Counted from the first letter of the stretch, positions 48,915-57,844 are shown. The stretch: DNA of 64,000 nt from an uncultured virus (IMG/VR IMGVR_UViG_3300031830_000001) (IMGVR_UViG_3300031830_000001), one strand, 5' to 3'. Program-made: numbers and translations. Notes: generated by a model not told the origin, from the sequence alone.

Positions 48915-49309
48915 AGGTTTGCAGACTTACTGAAGAATCTAAACTGCCAACTAAAAAATATGCGGGTGATGCTGGTTTTGACTTGTATTCTACTATTGAT
49001 GTAGTCATTGAGCCTCATACAACCGCAATTATTCCTACAGGCATCGCTATTGAATTGCCAAGCGGATTTTTTGGCTGGATTACAAATAAAAGCTCTAAAG
49101 AATACCTAGTCGGAGCAGGGGTTATAGATAATAACTATAGAGGCGAGATAAAAGTCAGAATATTTAATGTGCTAAATAAAAAAATTTATATCAAAGAAGG
49201 TGATGCAATCGCTCAGCTAATTCTTTTACCTCAGATTAATGATGCAATTGAGCTGGTTTTGTTTCTTTCCGAAACAGATAGAAATAATGATGGAGGAATT
49301 AATCGATAG
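48911..49309 (+). CDS. dut: Trimeric dUTPase
   Basis: DAGFDL, PTGI, GVIDNNYRGEI, GDAIAQL. Confidence 0.9.
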   Translation: MKVCRLTEESKLPTKKYAGDAGFDLYSTIDVVIEPHTTAIIPTGIAIELPSGFFGWITNKSSKEYLVGAGVIDNNYRGEIKVRIFNVLNKKIYIKEGDAIAQLILLPQINDAIELVLFLSETDRNNDGGINR

Positions 49310-50159
49310 AAAGAAAGTTTCAGGTAAAATGAATTTTTTAGGTGGATTTACGGCGGTAGAGTGTAATACAATAATTTGTGGCGACTCTCTAGAAGTATTA
49401 AAAACTTTTCCAGATAGTTTTATTGACTGTGTAATTACATCACCACCTTACTATGCTGGAAAGGAGTATGAGGATACTTATAAAACTCAATCTGGATATG
49501 AAAAATACCTGAATTCTCTAATCAATATTTTTATAGAGTCTGAAAGGGTTTTGAAACCTGGCGGTCATTTGTGGATTAATGTTGATGATGTCCATACTAG
49601 TTTGAAGTCGGAATATAAGCGTAATATTACGCTTCCTACTCACGCCTTTTTGGCTGTTGAGCTATCAAAGGTTTATGATTATAAAGATTTAGTGCTTTGG
49701 AGGAAGATTAGAGGAAAGCACGCCAGCGGAGGAGCTTCTAGATTATTGGGTAGTTATGGAAGATTTGGTTCGCCAGGGTCTATTCCTATTGTTGGGGAGT
49801 GTGAATTTATTTTATGGTTTAAAAAGAAAGGCAAAAGAACTGATGTTACTGATGAAATGAGAAAATTATCTAGCCTAACCAGTGAGGAATTTAAGGTATA
49901 TGGTATGCAGGTCTGGGAGGTACGACCAGAGAATGTTTTAAGAGCTAAACACCCAGCGCCGTTTCCTGAGGAAATTCCTGCTAGGATAATAAAATTATCA
50001 ACTTTTGTAGGAGATTTAGTTCTCGACCCTTTTGTAGGAAGCGGTACTACAGCCGTTGCTGCAAAAAAGTTAGGTAGAAATTTTATCGGAATAGATATAA
50101 ATCCTAAATACTGTGAGATTGCAAATGAGAGATTAAATTCCTTAGATAGAAAGGAGTAG
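49287..50159 (+). CDS. DNA methyltransferase, N4-cytosine/N6-adenine beta class
   Basis: TSPPY, HPAPFP, VLDPFVGSGTT, FIGID; start uncertain. Confidence 0.9.
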   Translation: MMEELIDRKKVSGKMNFLGGFTAVECNTIICGDSLEVLKTFPDSFIDCVITSPPYYAGKEYEDTYKTQSGYEKYLNSLINIFIESERVLKPGGHLWINVDDVHTSLKSEYKRNITLPTHAFLAVELSKVYDYKDLVLWRKIRGKHASGGASRLLGSYGRFGSPGSIPIVGECEFILWFKKKGKRTDVTDEMRKLSSLTSEEFKVYGMQVWEVRPENVLRAKHPAPFPEEIPARIIKLSTFVGDLVLDPFVGSGTTAVAAKKLGRNFIGIDINPKYCEIANERLNSLDRKE

Positions 50160-50164
50160 AAAAT

Positions 50165-50359
50165 ATGGTAGAAAGAATTATTTATCGACCAGTTTATATA
50201 GGAGATGAGAAACTTTGGCGAGTTGCTAAGTACTCATTAGACGCCGAAACAATTGTAGGGTATGTAACAGGGTTAGCTTTTGATACGGAAAGGGAGGTTT
50301 ATGAAGCTATCCTTGCTTTAGAGGCTGCCGAAGTTAATAAAAAGATTAGTAAGGAGTAG
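50165..50359 (+). CDS. Hypothetical protein
   Basis: AAAGGAG RBS. Confidence 0.55.
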   Translation: MVERIIYRPVYIGDEKLWRVAKYSLDAETIVGYVTGLAFDTEREVYEAILALEAAEVNKKISKE

Positions 50360-50481
50360 TCATACCATTTGAAGAGTCTTAATGCCTTGATGGGCATCAG
50401 ATAATTCTGATATAAACAGCTTCTTAATAATTTTAGTTAACTAAAATCGCCATTTTAACACAATTTTAAGGAGGTATTTTT

Positions 50482-52077
50482 ATGTCCCTATCACAAGAAA
50501 TTCTCAACCTGCGCTATGCTTGGGACAAAGGTAATGGTATAAAAGAGACTTGGGAGGAGGTTGCTCAAAGGGTTGTTGATAATGTCTTAAATGTTTTTAA
50601 TGTCCAGCAGTCTATAAAGGACGCTATTTATGAAATTATTGTGCGGAAGAAGTTTATACCTGGTGGAAGGTTTTTAGCCCAGGCGGGAAGAAAGTTTCAC
50701 CAGGTAAATAACTGCTTCCTCCTCCGAGCTGAAGATTCAAGAGAAGGCTGGGGAGAATTGATGAAAAAAGCCTCTTTAATGCTGATGTCTGGGGGCGGGG
50801 TTGGTGTGGATTATTCACAGATTAGACCTTACGGTTCTGCTCTTAAAAGTTCCGGAGGAACTGCTTCGGGTCCTCTTCCCTTGATGAATGTAATCAATGA
50901 AATCGGCAGGGGAGTGATGTGTGGAGGAAAGCGAAGGTCAGCAATTTGGGGTGGGTTAAGCTGGAAACATGACGATATTTTTGATTTTATTAAGATGAAA
51001 AATTGGCAGCCAGAAATTAGAAAGCTAAAGGAGAAAGATTTTAATTTTCCTGCCACAATGGATATGACCAATATTTCAGTTATTTTGGATAAGGAATTTT
51101 TTGAAGCGTTTGAAAAGGGCGATGAGAAAGCTCAAAAAGTCTATTGGGATACTGTAGAGAGAATGTGTAAAACAGGCGAGCCTGGTTTTAGTATTGATTA
51201 CGATAATCCCAGTGAGTCTTTACGGAATGCTTGTACGGAAATTGTCTCTGAAGATGACTGTGATGTCTGCTGTTTAGGAAGTATTAATCTAGCGAATATT
51301 AGTAATACAGATGAATTGGAGTGGATTACTGAATTAGCTATGATATTTTTATTATGCGGGACAGAATATTCTGACGTTCCTTATCCCTTAGTAAAAAATG
51401 TTAGGGAGAAGAATAGGCGAACTGGTTTAGGATTAATGGGTATCCATGAATGGTTAATTTTGAGAGGCTATCAATATGAAGCCAATCTCGAATTAGGAGA
51501 GTGGTTAAGAATTTGGCAGGAGAAATCAGATGAATTTGCTGAAAAGTGGGCAAATAAGTTTAGTATAAATGTCCCGATAAAGAAGAGAGCTATTGCCCCG
51601 ACTGGTTCGATTTCTATCATAGGTGAGACAACCTCTGGCATTGAGCCGATTTTTGGTGTAGCTTACTTAAGGAGGTATTTAACACCCTCCGGCTGGAAGG
51701 AGATGGTAGTTATTGACCCCGTAGCGGAGAGGTTAGTTAACCTTTTTGGGATAAATCCAGATGATATTGAGGACTCGTTTTCCCTAGCGCAAGATGTAAA
51801 AAGAAGAATAGAATTCCAGGCATTTGTTCAGAAATATGTTGACAACGCAATTTCAAGTACCATAAATTTGCCCGCTTGGGGAAGTGAATTTAATAATGAT
51901 TACGAAAAATTTGGGAAAATACTTTTGCCATTTTTAAAGCATTTAAGGGGTATAACTGTCTATCCAGATGGTGCTAGAGGAGGGCAGCCCTTGACAAGAA
52001 TATCTTATAAAGACGCGATTAAACATCAAGCGGGGTATGAAGAAGTGGAGTGCCAGAACGGGGTTTGTGGATTATGA
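50482..52077 (+). CDS. nrdJ: Ribonucleotide reductase, class II (B12-dependent) likely
   Basis: PGGR, NNCF, RNACTE thiyl loop, CCLGSINL, APTGSIS, C-terminal CQNGVC; no small subunit nearby. Confidence 0.85.
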   Translation: MSLSQEILNLRYAWDKGNGIKETWEEVAQRVVDNVLNVFNVQQSIKDAIYEIIVRKKFIPGGRFLAQAGRKFHQVNNCFLLRAEDSREGWGELMKKASLMLMSGGGVGVDYSQIRPYGSALKSSGGTASGPLPLMNVINEIGRGVMCGGKRRSAIWGGLSWKHDDIFDFIKMKNWQPEIRKLKEKDFNFPATMDMTNISVILDKEFFEAFEKGDEKAQKVYWDTVERMCKTGEPGFSIDYDNPSESLRNACTEIVSEDDCDVCCLGSINLANISNTDELEWITELAMIFLLCGTEYSDVPYPLVKNVREKNRRTGLGLMGIHEWLILRGYQYEANLELGEWLRIWQEKSDEFAEKWANKFSINVPIKKRAIAPTGSISIIGETTSGIEPIFGVAYLRRYLTPSGWKEMVVIDPVAERLVNLFGINPDDIEDSFSLAQDVKRRIEFQAFVQKYVDNAISSTINLPAWGSEFNNDYEKFGKILLPFLKHLRGITVYPDGARGGQPLTRISYKDAIKHQAGYEEVECQNGVCGL

Positions 52078-52131
52078 TAAAGTTATTTAGGACTTTAGAT
52101 ACGAGGAATGCTATATACAAATTGCAGCTAT

Positions 52132-52158
52132 AAAAGCCAGGATTTTTCCTGGCTTTTT
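52132..52158. terminator. Bidirectional intrinsic terminator
   Basis: aaaagccagga-tttt-tcctggcttttt between convergent gene blocks. Confidence 0.85.
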
Positions 52159-52427
52159 AATGCTTTAAATTTAATTTTTGAATGGGTAGCGAAAGTGGAA
52201 GAGAATAATGTGTAAAATAATTGCCGTCATGTTAGAATTGAAATTGAAGAGAGGGTATTTTTGCCGGCAAAAAATCACTTGGAAAAATTCCAGAAAGTTT
52301 AAGTGCCATTTCTAGTAAAATTTTACTTTTGGAATTAAATTTTTTTACCACCCTCGAAAATTAGGGTGGTGAAGATAAAACTAGAAGGGCTTTGAATCGT
52401 TTCACTTTATCTATTTCAATCCTTCTT

Positions 52428-53198
52428 TTATATTAATATTTTTTCTGTAAATTCCCTACCTCTTGATGAGATTCTAATAAATCCCATCTTCACAAGGTAG
52501 GGTTCAATCTCATTAATAATTGTATCTCTATCTAACCCCGTTCCTCTCTGAAGTCTTTCCAAAGAGGATATTTTTACTTCCTGCAGGAATTCCAAATACC
52601 TTAAGTCTAATTCATTCAATCCGTATCTGTAAATTCCTATTCTATTTAAACACCATTCCAACTCTTCTATCGTTTGAGGAATACCTTCATATCTACAGAT
52701 AATTGATAGACGAAAAGCTATCATTTTTGTTACACGGGGGTTATTTCTACATTGATAACTAAGAAAATCAATTAATTCTTCTTTTAAAGTTATTTCTAAA
52801 TTTGATTTTAAAATTTCTTTTATATGTTCGGAGGAGTACTCTTCAAAAACGAAGTTTATACATCTGTTTATTACAGGTTCTGGTAAAGAACCCGATAAAT
52901 TCGTAGCGAGAATGATTGTATATCTTTTCGAGTCCATAAATCTATAGAGGAACTCGAAATTTTTGAGTGTGTGCGCCTCATCGAAAAAATGGAATCTTAT
53001 ATTTGTAAAAAAGTCCCCTTCTCCTGGTGGATACATTATATAATCCTTGCCCTCAAGGAATTTAAGGGCAAGGGTAGTTTTACCATACCCAGAGGGCGCC
53101 CTAAGTAAAATATTAAAATTAGCCCCCTTCTCGATTTCTTTTTGTAAATAGTTCAACTGGGTTATTATTCTTTCTTGATTGATAAATTTACTACTCAT
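52428..53198 (-). CDS. ruvB: RuvB-like AAA+ ATPase
   Basis: PSGYGKTT, DEAH, ATN..G.L, NPR, GLNELD..YL, IEPYL...G.I....RGR winged helix. Confidence 0.75.
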   Translation of the reverse strand: MSSKFINQERIITQLNYLQKEIEKGANFNILLRAPSGYGKTTLALKFLEGKDYIMYPPGEGDFFTNIRFHFFDEAHTLKNFEFLYRFMDSKRYTIILATNLSGSLPEPVINRCINFVFEEYSSEHIKEILKSNLEITLKEELIDFLSYQCRNNPRVTKMIAFRLSIICRYEGIPQTIEELEWCLNRIGIYRYGLNELDLRYLEFLQEVKISSLERLQRGTGLDRDTIINEIEPYLVKMGFIRISSRGREFTEKILI

Positions 53199-53367
53199 TG
53201 TGCTTTCCTGCCTTTCTATAATATCAGCAAATATAGTTATAATCTAAGTTTTCTTCATAAAACCTTGCTCCGCATTTTGAGCAATCTTTTGTGTATTTCG
53301 AAATAGATAATTATTCCCTTTATTTACTAAATCGGGAGTTTTTTCTAAGCAACTTTCTTTTAATCTT

Positions 53368-54186
53368 TTAATATTGAACATCTTCCTCTCCTGCCAGTGT
53401 AGTGCCACATGATGGACAATATAACTTGGTATCATTTAGGTATGTTTTTAAATCTAGTATGGGGTGAGATTCCCCGCAAGTGGGGCAGATTATTAAGTTA
53501 CTTTCTATATACCTCCACAGTTCCGCCCAGCTAAACTCTACCCCCTCTGTAGTGATGAAGTAAAAGTGTTTATTATTTGTATAAATGTTGGGTATATTCC
53601 CGGTTATCATTTCATAAATTCCCCCCAAATAAATCGCCAATAATCTGGCGAAGAAGATTAGATTATAATTCCTGGTGTTATAAGAATTAAACACCAAAAA
53701 GTTTTTCTCCTCCTCATCATAAGGTAAAACCCAAGCCCTACCAAGGGGGGTTTGATTTTCATCATAAACCTTCATTGCATATCCCCCCAGCAGTTTAATT
53801 TTTGTCCTTTGGTATCTATAAATACCAAAGAAGCAAGAATTTTTATCGCCGAATTCTCCAGGAGTCCAGTTAAAATCTTTAGAGAATTCGACAAAATACA
53901 TCCGATTAAGAGTATATTTTCGGGCGATATTCCCAATATCCCCTAATATTCTATTATCAAGGGTAATTTTCCATTGTTTGCAAATCTTCGCAAATCTTTT
54001 GGGGAATGTACCTGCGAATTCCCCCTTTGAAACTATCCAATCGGGGGAGATTCTCTCAATTAGATAAGAGAAGTTCAGGAAAATCCCGGATTTATTTAAA
54101 ATTTTCTCTATCTCCTCCAACCCTTTTGGGTCAATTTCTGACTCTTTTAGAGGTATATTAACTTCTATTTTTTCGAGTGGTAACAT
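53368..54186 (-). CDS. Hypothetical protein with C-terminal Zn ribbon
   Basis: FGD.NSCF, GRAW, CPTC..CPSC; AGGAG RBS. Confidence 0.65.
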   Translation of the reverse strand: MLPLEKIEVNIPLKESEIDPKGLEEIEKILNKSGIFLNFSYLIERISPDWIVSKGEFAGTFPKRFAKICKQWKITLDNRILGDIGNIARKYTLNRMYFVEFSKDFNWTPGEFGDKNSCFFGIYRYQRTKIKLLGGYAMKVYDENQTPLGRAWVLPYDEEEKNFLVFNSYNTRNYNLIFFARLLAIYLGGIYEMITGNIPNIYTNNKHFYFITTEGVEFSWAELWRYIESNLIICPTCGESHPILDLKTYLNDTKLYCPSCGTTLAGEEDVQY

Positions 54187-54272
54187 GACATCTCATCTCC
54201 TACAATTATTATACTAGCATACCTGCAATTCGTTCGTTAATCGAAGAATTTTTGAAAGAGTGATAGATATGC

Positions 54273-54520
54273 GAAAAATTTTTAGTTTTGTTCTGTGCCA
54301 TCGACTTTCTTTAAACTTTTCTTAACATTAGCGCCTTGGCAAACTTTTTCGTTTTTTGAAAAATTTTCACCTTACCGTCTTCCTCCTCAAAAACCGAAAA
54401 ACTTTTCAGAATCTGAAAAATTTTAGTTTTGTCTAGCGCCATTTTTAAGCTGCTCTATGGTGTAGTCGTTTTTGAAGCCTTGAGTGGAAAATTTTTGACA
54501 TGTGGAAAAAATTTTCTTCA
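54273..54520. repeat. Two copies (one degenerate) of the AATTTTTAG-N11/12-GCCATTTTTAAG element
   Basis: GCCAT at 54297 and GCCATTTTTAAG at 54438, both preceded by AAAAATTTT(T)AG. Confidence 0.7.
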
Positions 54521-54696
54521 GAAGCTCAGAAACAAATTTTCGCACTTGTCAATGCTTGTAAACGTGTTTCACGTATTCGGTTTTGAAGTTTTGATATTGG
54601 GATAAGTAATTAAGATAATCATGATTCCTCCAGTGAACAAGGAACGTATGCATTAGTAAGAATACTCTTCAAAATTATCTGCCCGTAGTTGTATCA

Positions 54697-54738
54697 ATAA
54701 ACAAAAACGCCGGGGTTATCTTCATAGATAACCCCGGC
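54697..54738 (-). terminator. Intrinsic terminator after 54782-55204
   Basis: gccggggttatc/gataaccccggc stem followed by TTTTTGTTT on minus strand. Confidence 0.8.
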
Positions 54739-54781
54739 TCCAGTTGCGCAATTACAAATGGAGGTGGGGAGGGGAGATTAC

Positions 54782-55204
54782 TTACTCGGAAACAAAATAT
54801 CTCCCATCCAGATTGTAGAGTATATTACATCCCTCCCAGACGGAGGAAGGAATATCATCTACACTAACATCTACGGATTCCGTGATGGCAAGTATATTGT
54901 CATCATCACCACCGATTTTGAATCCCTTTACTTTCCACCCGTGAATTCCGATTACGGGGTTGTCCGGACTTGCGGGGAGGAATCCCTCTACACCTACCAG
55001 AATATCCCCCTTCTGGAGAGGGACAAGGGCTTGTTCGTTATTGGAGCGAAATCTAGATGTGCGAATAAAACTTGCGGGAGCAAGCCCCCCGTTCCGTAAA
55101 ACAAAAGTTGCGGAAAAACGGTTACTGGTTGCTCCGCCCCCAACCCAAAGGGTGGGGAATCCCTTTTGAGTTTTTTCAGTGAATACGTATAGTATATCGT
55201 TCAT
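54782..55204 (-). CDS. Hypothetical early protein, paralog A
   Basis: LWVGGGATS..FSA.FV; similar to 56455-56868; AGGAG RBS. Confidence 0.8.
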   Translation of the reverse strand: MNDILYVFTEKTQKGFPTLWVGGGATSNRFSATFVLRNGGLAPASFIRTSRFRSNNEQALVPLQKGDILVGVEGFLPASPDNPVIGIHGWKVKGFKIGGDDDNILAITESVDVSVDDIPSSVWEGCNILYNLDGRYFVSE

Positions 55205-55216
55205 TTTATACTCCTA

Positions 55217-55522
55217 TTAATATGGTACACTTATACCATCCATGAAGTTCGGCATACCCTCGAAGAAAAGTTTGACGGTTGCAAATCGAGGGTCGCTACC
55301 ACAAACAGCACTAGCTCCGATTTTGTTTGCCAAATCATAAATATGCGCCATTAGGCGTTCTTGCTTTTTTAGCAGGCGTTCTACATCTTCCTCCATACAG
55401 AGGCGCTCATTTATTGTGTGCAATTTTCGAGTTAGGCTAATTAACTCAGCCAATTCTTCGGGGGTTGCAGTAGTATATTTTGCAACCGATAGTGTGAACG
55501 ATATGATATTGATAGTGTCCAT
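55217..55522 (-). CDS. Hypothetical protein
   Basis: AAGAAAGGAG RBS; ERLC and DPR motifs. Confidence 0.65.
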   Translation of the reverse strand: MDTINIISFTLSVAKYTTATPEELAELISLTRKLHTINERLCMEEDVERLLKKQERLMAHIYDLANKIGASAVCGSDPRFATVKLFFEGMPNFMDGISVPY

Positions 55523-55567
55523 TTTATACTCCTTTCTTGTTTTTTTTTTATTTCTCACGCGAAGCGT

Positions 55568-55670
55568 GAATTTTTAGATTTCTCTACTCGCCATTTTTAA
55601 GCCGTTTAGGGATATGACATTCCCAAAGCTTTGAGGGTGAATTTTTTGGCGAGATGAAAATTTTTTCTCG
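55568..55670. repeat. Copy of the early-region repeat element
   Basis: GCCATTTTTAAG at 55590, then AAGCTTTGAG, TTTTTGGC, GAAAATTTTT. Confidence 0.75.
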
Positions 55671-55704
55671 CCCCGCCCATCGGACAAAAGGCGGGGCGAT
55701 AGTT

Positions 55705-56139
55705 TTATTTCTCAATCAAGATTTCGATTTTTTGCACCTCCACAGGGTCCCCAGGTGGATTATCAATTGATTTCGTTTCTCCCTCCAATATCCATATTCC
55801 GCTGTGAGTTTTAGAATACTCCTTGATTGTGTACTCGTAGAGTGCGCCATTTAAAGCGCGCTCATACCTTTCGAGAAGCTCCTCAAAGCTTTTCTCGTCT
55901 ATCTCCTGCTCCCCCTCATAAACGCAGACGAGAAAATCTCCGTCCTCGTTATCCCTTACGGGATAGAGGTAAACAAATCCATCATTACTGTATCGCCGGA
56001 TACCCCGGCAGATGATGGTATAGCCTTTGGGAATAGGGTCGCCCTTTCGGCAGATATAATACGGGAAAGCAGCTTCTTCGGGATAGATGTCCCGAATGGC
56101 AATTACTTCAAAAATTTTGTTGTTGTATTTGTAAAACAT
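55705..56139 (-). CDS. Hypothetical protein
   Basis: AAGAAAGGAG RBS. Confidence 0.65.
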   Translation of the reverse strand: MFYKYNNKIFEVIAIRDIYPEEAAFPYYICRKGDPIPKGYTIICRGIRRYSNDGFVYLYPVRDNEDGDFLVCVYEGEQEIDEKSFEELLERYERALNGALYEYTIKEYSKTHSGIWILEGETKSIDNPPGDPVEVQKIEILIEK

Positions 56140-56188
56140 TTTTTATTCTCCTTTCTTGTTTTTTATCTTCTGCCCCGTGAATCGGGGC

Positions 56189-56300
56189 GAAAAATTTTTA
56201 GCCCGCGCCTAATGCCATTTTTAAGTTGCCCAGGGGGGGGGGGGGGGAGGTGGCGCCCCCGAAGCTTGGGCGGCATTTTGGCGCGCTGGATTTTTTTTCT
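56189..56300. repeat. Copy of the early-region repeat element containing a G15 tract
   Basis: GCCATTTTTAAG at 56214, G15 at 56233-56247, AAGCTTGG, TTTTGGC, GGATTTTTT. Confidence 0.75.
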
Positions 56301-56366
56301 TACCCGCCCCTTGTCCGGTGAGGGGTGGACACTGAACGCTGAGCAGTGTCCACCGGGGCGGTGTTG

Positions 56367-56407
56367 GTAAACAAAAATGCCGGGGCTACGTCGTAAGTAG
56401 CCCCGGC
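56367..56407 (-). terminator. Intrinsic terminator after 56455-56868
   Basis: gccggggctac/gtagccccggc stem followed by TTTTTGTTT on minus strand. Confidence 0.8.
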
Positions 56408-56454
56408 TCCGGTGCCGGCTAGTTAGCCGGCGAGGAAATGGGGGAGAGTGGGCG

Positions 56455-56868
56455 CTACTCAGCTATAAAGTAGCGTCCATCTCTGTTGTGATAGATTTCG
56501 CATCCCTGCCATACGCTGGCAGGGATGTTGTCTAGGCTAATATCGATATGCTCGATATTAGCAATTGGATTGCCTTGCTCATCGGCTCCAAAGCCGACGA
56601 TACGGCGGGCATCGACAAAAACTTCAGGATTGTCCGGCGTCGCCGGGCGTCTCCCGCTCAGTTCAACAACGATGTCTCCCTCTCTGAGACCAACCAGTGC
56701 CTGCCCGCTATTGCACCGGTGCCCGTGCCGGGCAATGAAGCACGCCCGGGCTAGCTCCCCCGCCCGCATCACGAAGCGGGCGGAGAATTTCGAGGTAGTG
56801 GCGCCCCCGCCCACCCAGAGGGCGGGGTTGCCACGGGAGGTTTTTGTAACTTCTAATTTTGCGTCCAT
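56455..56868 (-). CDS. Hypothetical early protein, paralog B
   Basis: LWVGGGATTSKFSARFV..., ends DGRYFIAE; GGAAGGT RBS. Confidence 0.8.
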   Translation of the reverse strand: MDAKLEVTKTSRGNPALWVGGGATTSKFSARFVMRAGELARACFIARHGHRCNSGQALVGLREGDIVVELSGRRPATPDNPEVFVDARRIVGFGADEQGNPIANIEHIDISLDNIPASVWQGCEIYHNRDGRYFIAE

Positions 56869-56883
56869 TTTTGCACCTTCCTT

Positions 56884-57306
56884 TCAACTGATTTTCAGTA
56901 GTTCGACGTACGGGTTTGCCACCCACACGTGAGCAACAGCCCAAGGAAAAAACATCCTCCTCACCCCTTCGGGGGAGGCTAAGAAAACCTCTCCCACCCC
57001 CCTAAACAGGGGGAGAACGGCGTGGACGGGCATCGGGGCATATACTGTTTTAATATCGATGTTTAAATTAACGAAATATGAAGAAACAATACATGCGTGC
57101 TTCCCGTTGTCGAAGACGAAATACCCCTCCAGTTCTTCTAGAAGTGGGCTTTTATCACGGACTGCCCACTTCGGGTTTCGCCCGTTCCGCCCCCAGGTGT
57201 CAACCTGGGGGCCGAATGGGACTCGGACGGACAGGTACGTGCTACTCGACAGAGAGAGTAGCGCACTTGATACTCTTTTTAGTGTTCGTTTATCGAAAGT
57301 ATTCAT
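56884..57306 (-). CDS. Hypothetical protein
   Basis: GGAGGT RBS; tightly packed. Confidence 0.55.
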   Translation of the reverse strand: MNTFDKRTLKRVSSALLSLSSSTYLSVRVPFGPQVDTWGRNGRNPKWAVRDKSPLLEELEGYFVFDNGKHACIVSSYFVNLNIDIKTVYAPMPVHAVLPLFRGVGEVFLASPEGVRRMFFPWAVAHVWVANPYVELLKIS

Positions 57307-57308
57307 TG

Positions 57309-57620
57309 TTACACCTCCATTTTAATAATTAATGCCGGAGGCACGCTCCGGGTAAATGCGGGGAAGGTATCGTAATCCTCCCCCTCCACCAGGGGAGCTA
57401 GCATCAAAGCTAGCTCCTCATCCGAAATGATTTCCCCGTAATGCCACCAGTTACCGGACATGTCGCGGATGAAGAAGTCCGCGACGCCGGTTACGGAGAC
57501 GTCTTTAATTTCGACGTCTCCATGGGCTTCACAGTGGCACGGGGCGTTGAGAACGGGTGGCACGTCTAAATCGTGCCACTTCCACTCGCAACCGCAAGAC
57601 ATTGTAATCCTGATTTCCAT
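57309..57620 (-). CDS. Hypothetical protein with Cys/His cluster
   Basis: CGC...CxxH; AAAGGAG RBS. Confidence 0.6.
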   Translation of the reverse strand: MEIRITMSCGCEWKWHDLDVPPVLNAPCHCEAHGDVEIKDVSVTGVADFFIRDMSGNWWHYGEIISDEELALMLAPLVEGEDYDTFPAFTRSVPPALIIKMEV

Positions 57621-57844
57621 TCTTACTCTCCTTTCTTAAGAGATAAACTAATCTTACTTCTGTTCTTGTGTATGCAAGAACAGTTATATCCCTGTTCGCA
57701 GCATTTTTGAGGATGCTGCGAGAATATCACCCCTTCCCCTCACGGGGAAGGGGGCGGATTGAAATTGGGGTTCCTCCCCCGTTAGCGGGGGAAGAAAATC
57801 AGGAAGGACACGAACAGTAAAATTAGTAGTACGTAAAGCATCTG

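Noticed and set aside
50360..50481. Cobalamin riboswitch or NrdR boxes upstream of nrdJ
   Set aside because: Gap is short and AT-rich, and I could not match either consensus
54270..56300. Early-region repeats as a CRISPR or mini-CRISPR array
   Set aside because: Copies are hundreds of bases apart, separated by genes, and share only short blocks
54758..57332. Plus-strand ORFs in the GC-rich region (54758-55099, 56525-56932, 57059-57325)
   Set aside because: Antisense to minus-strand genes that have RBS, paralogy and terminators; higher GC lowers stop frequency
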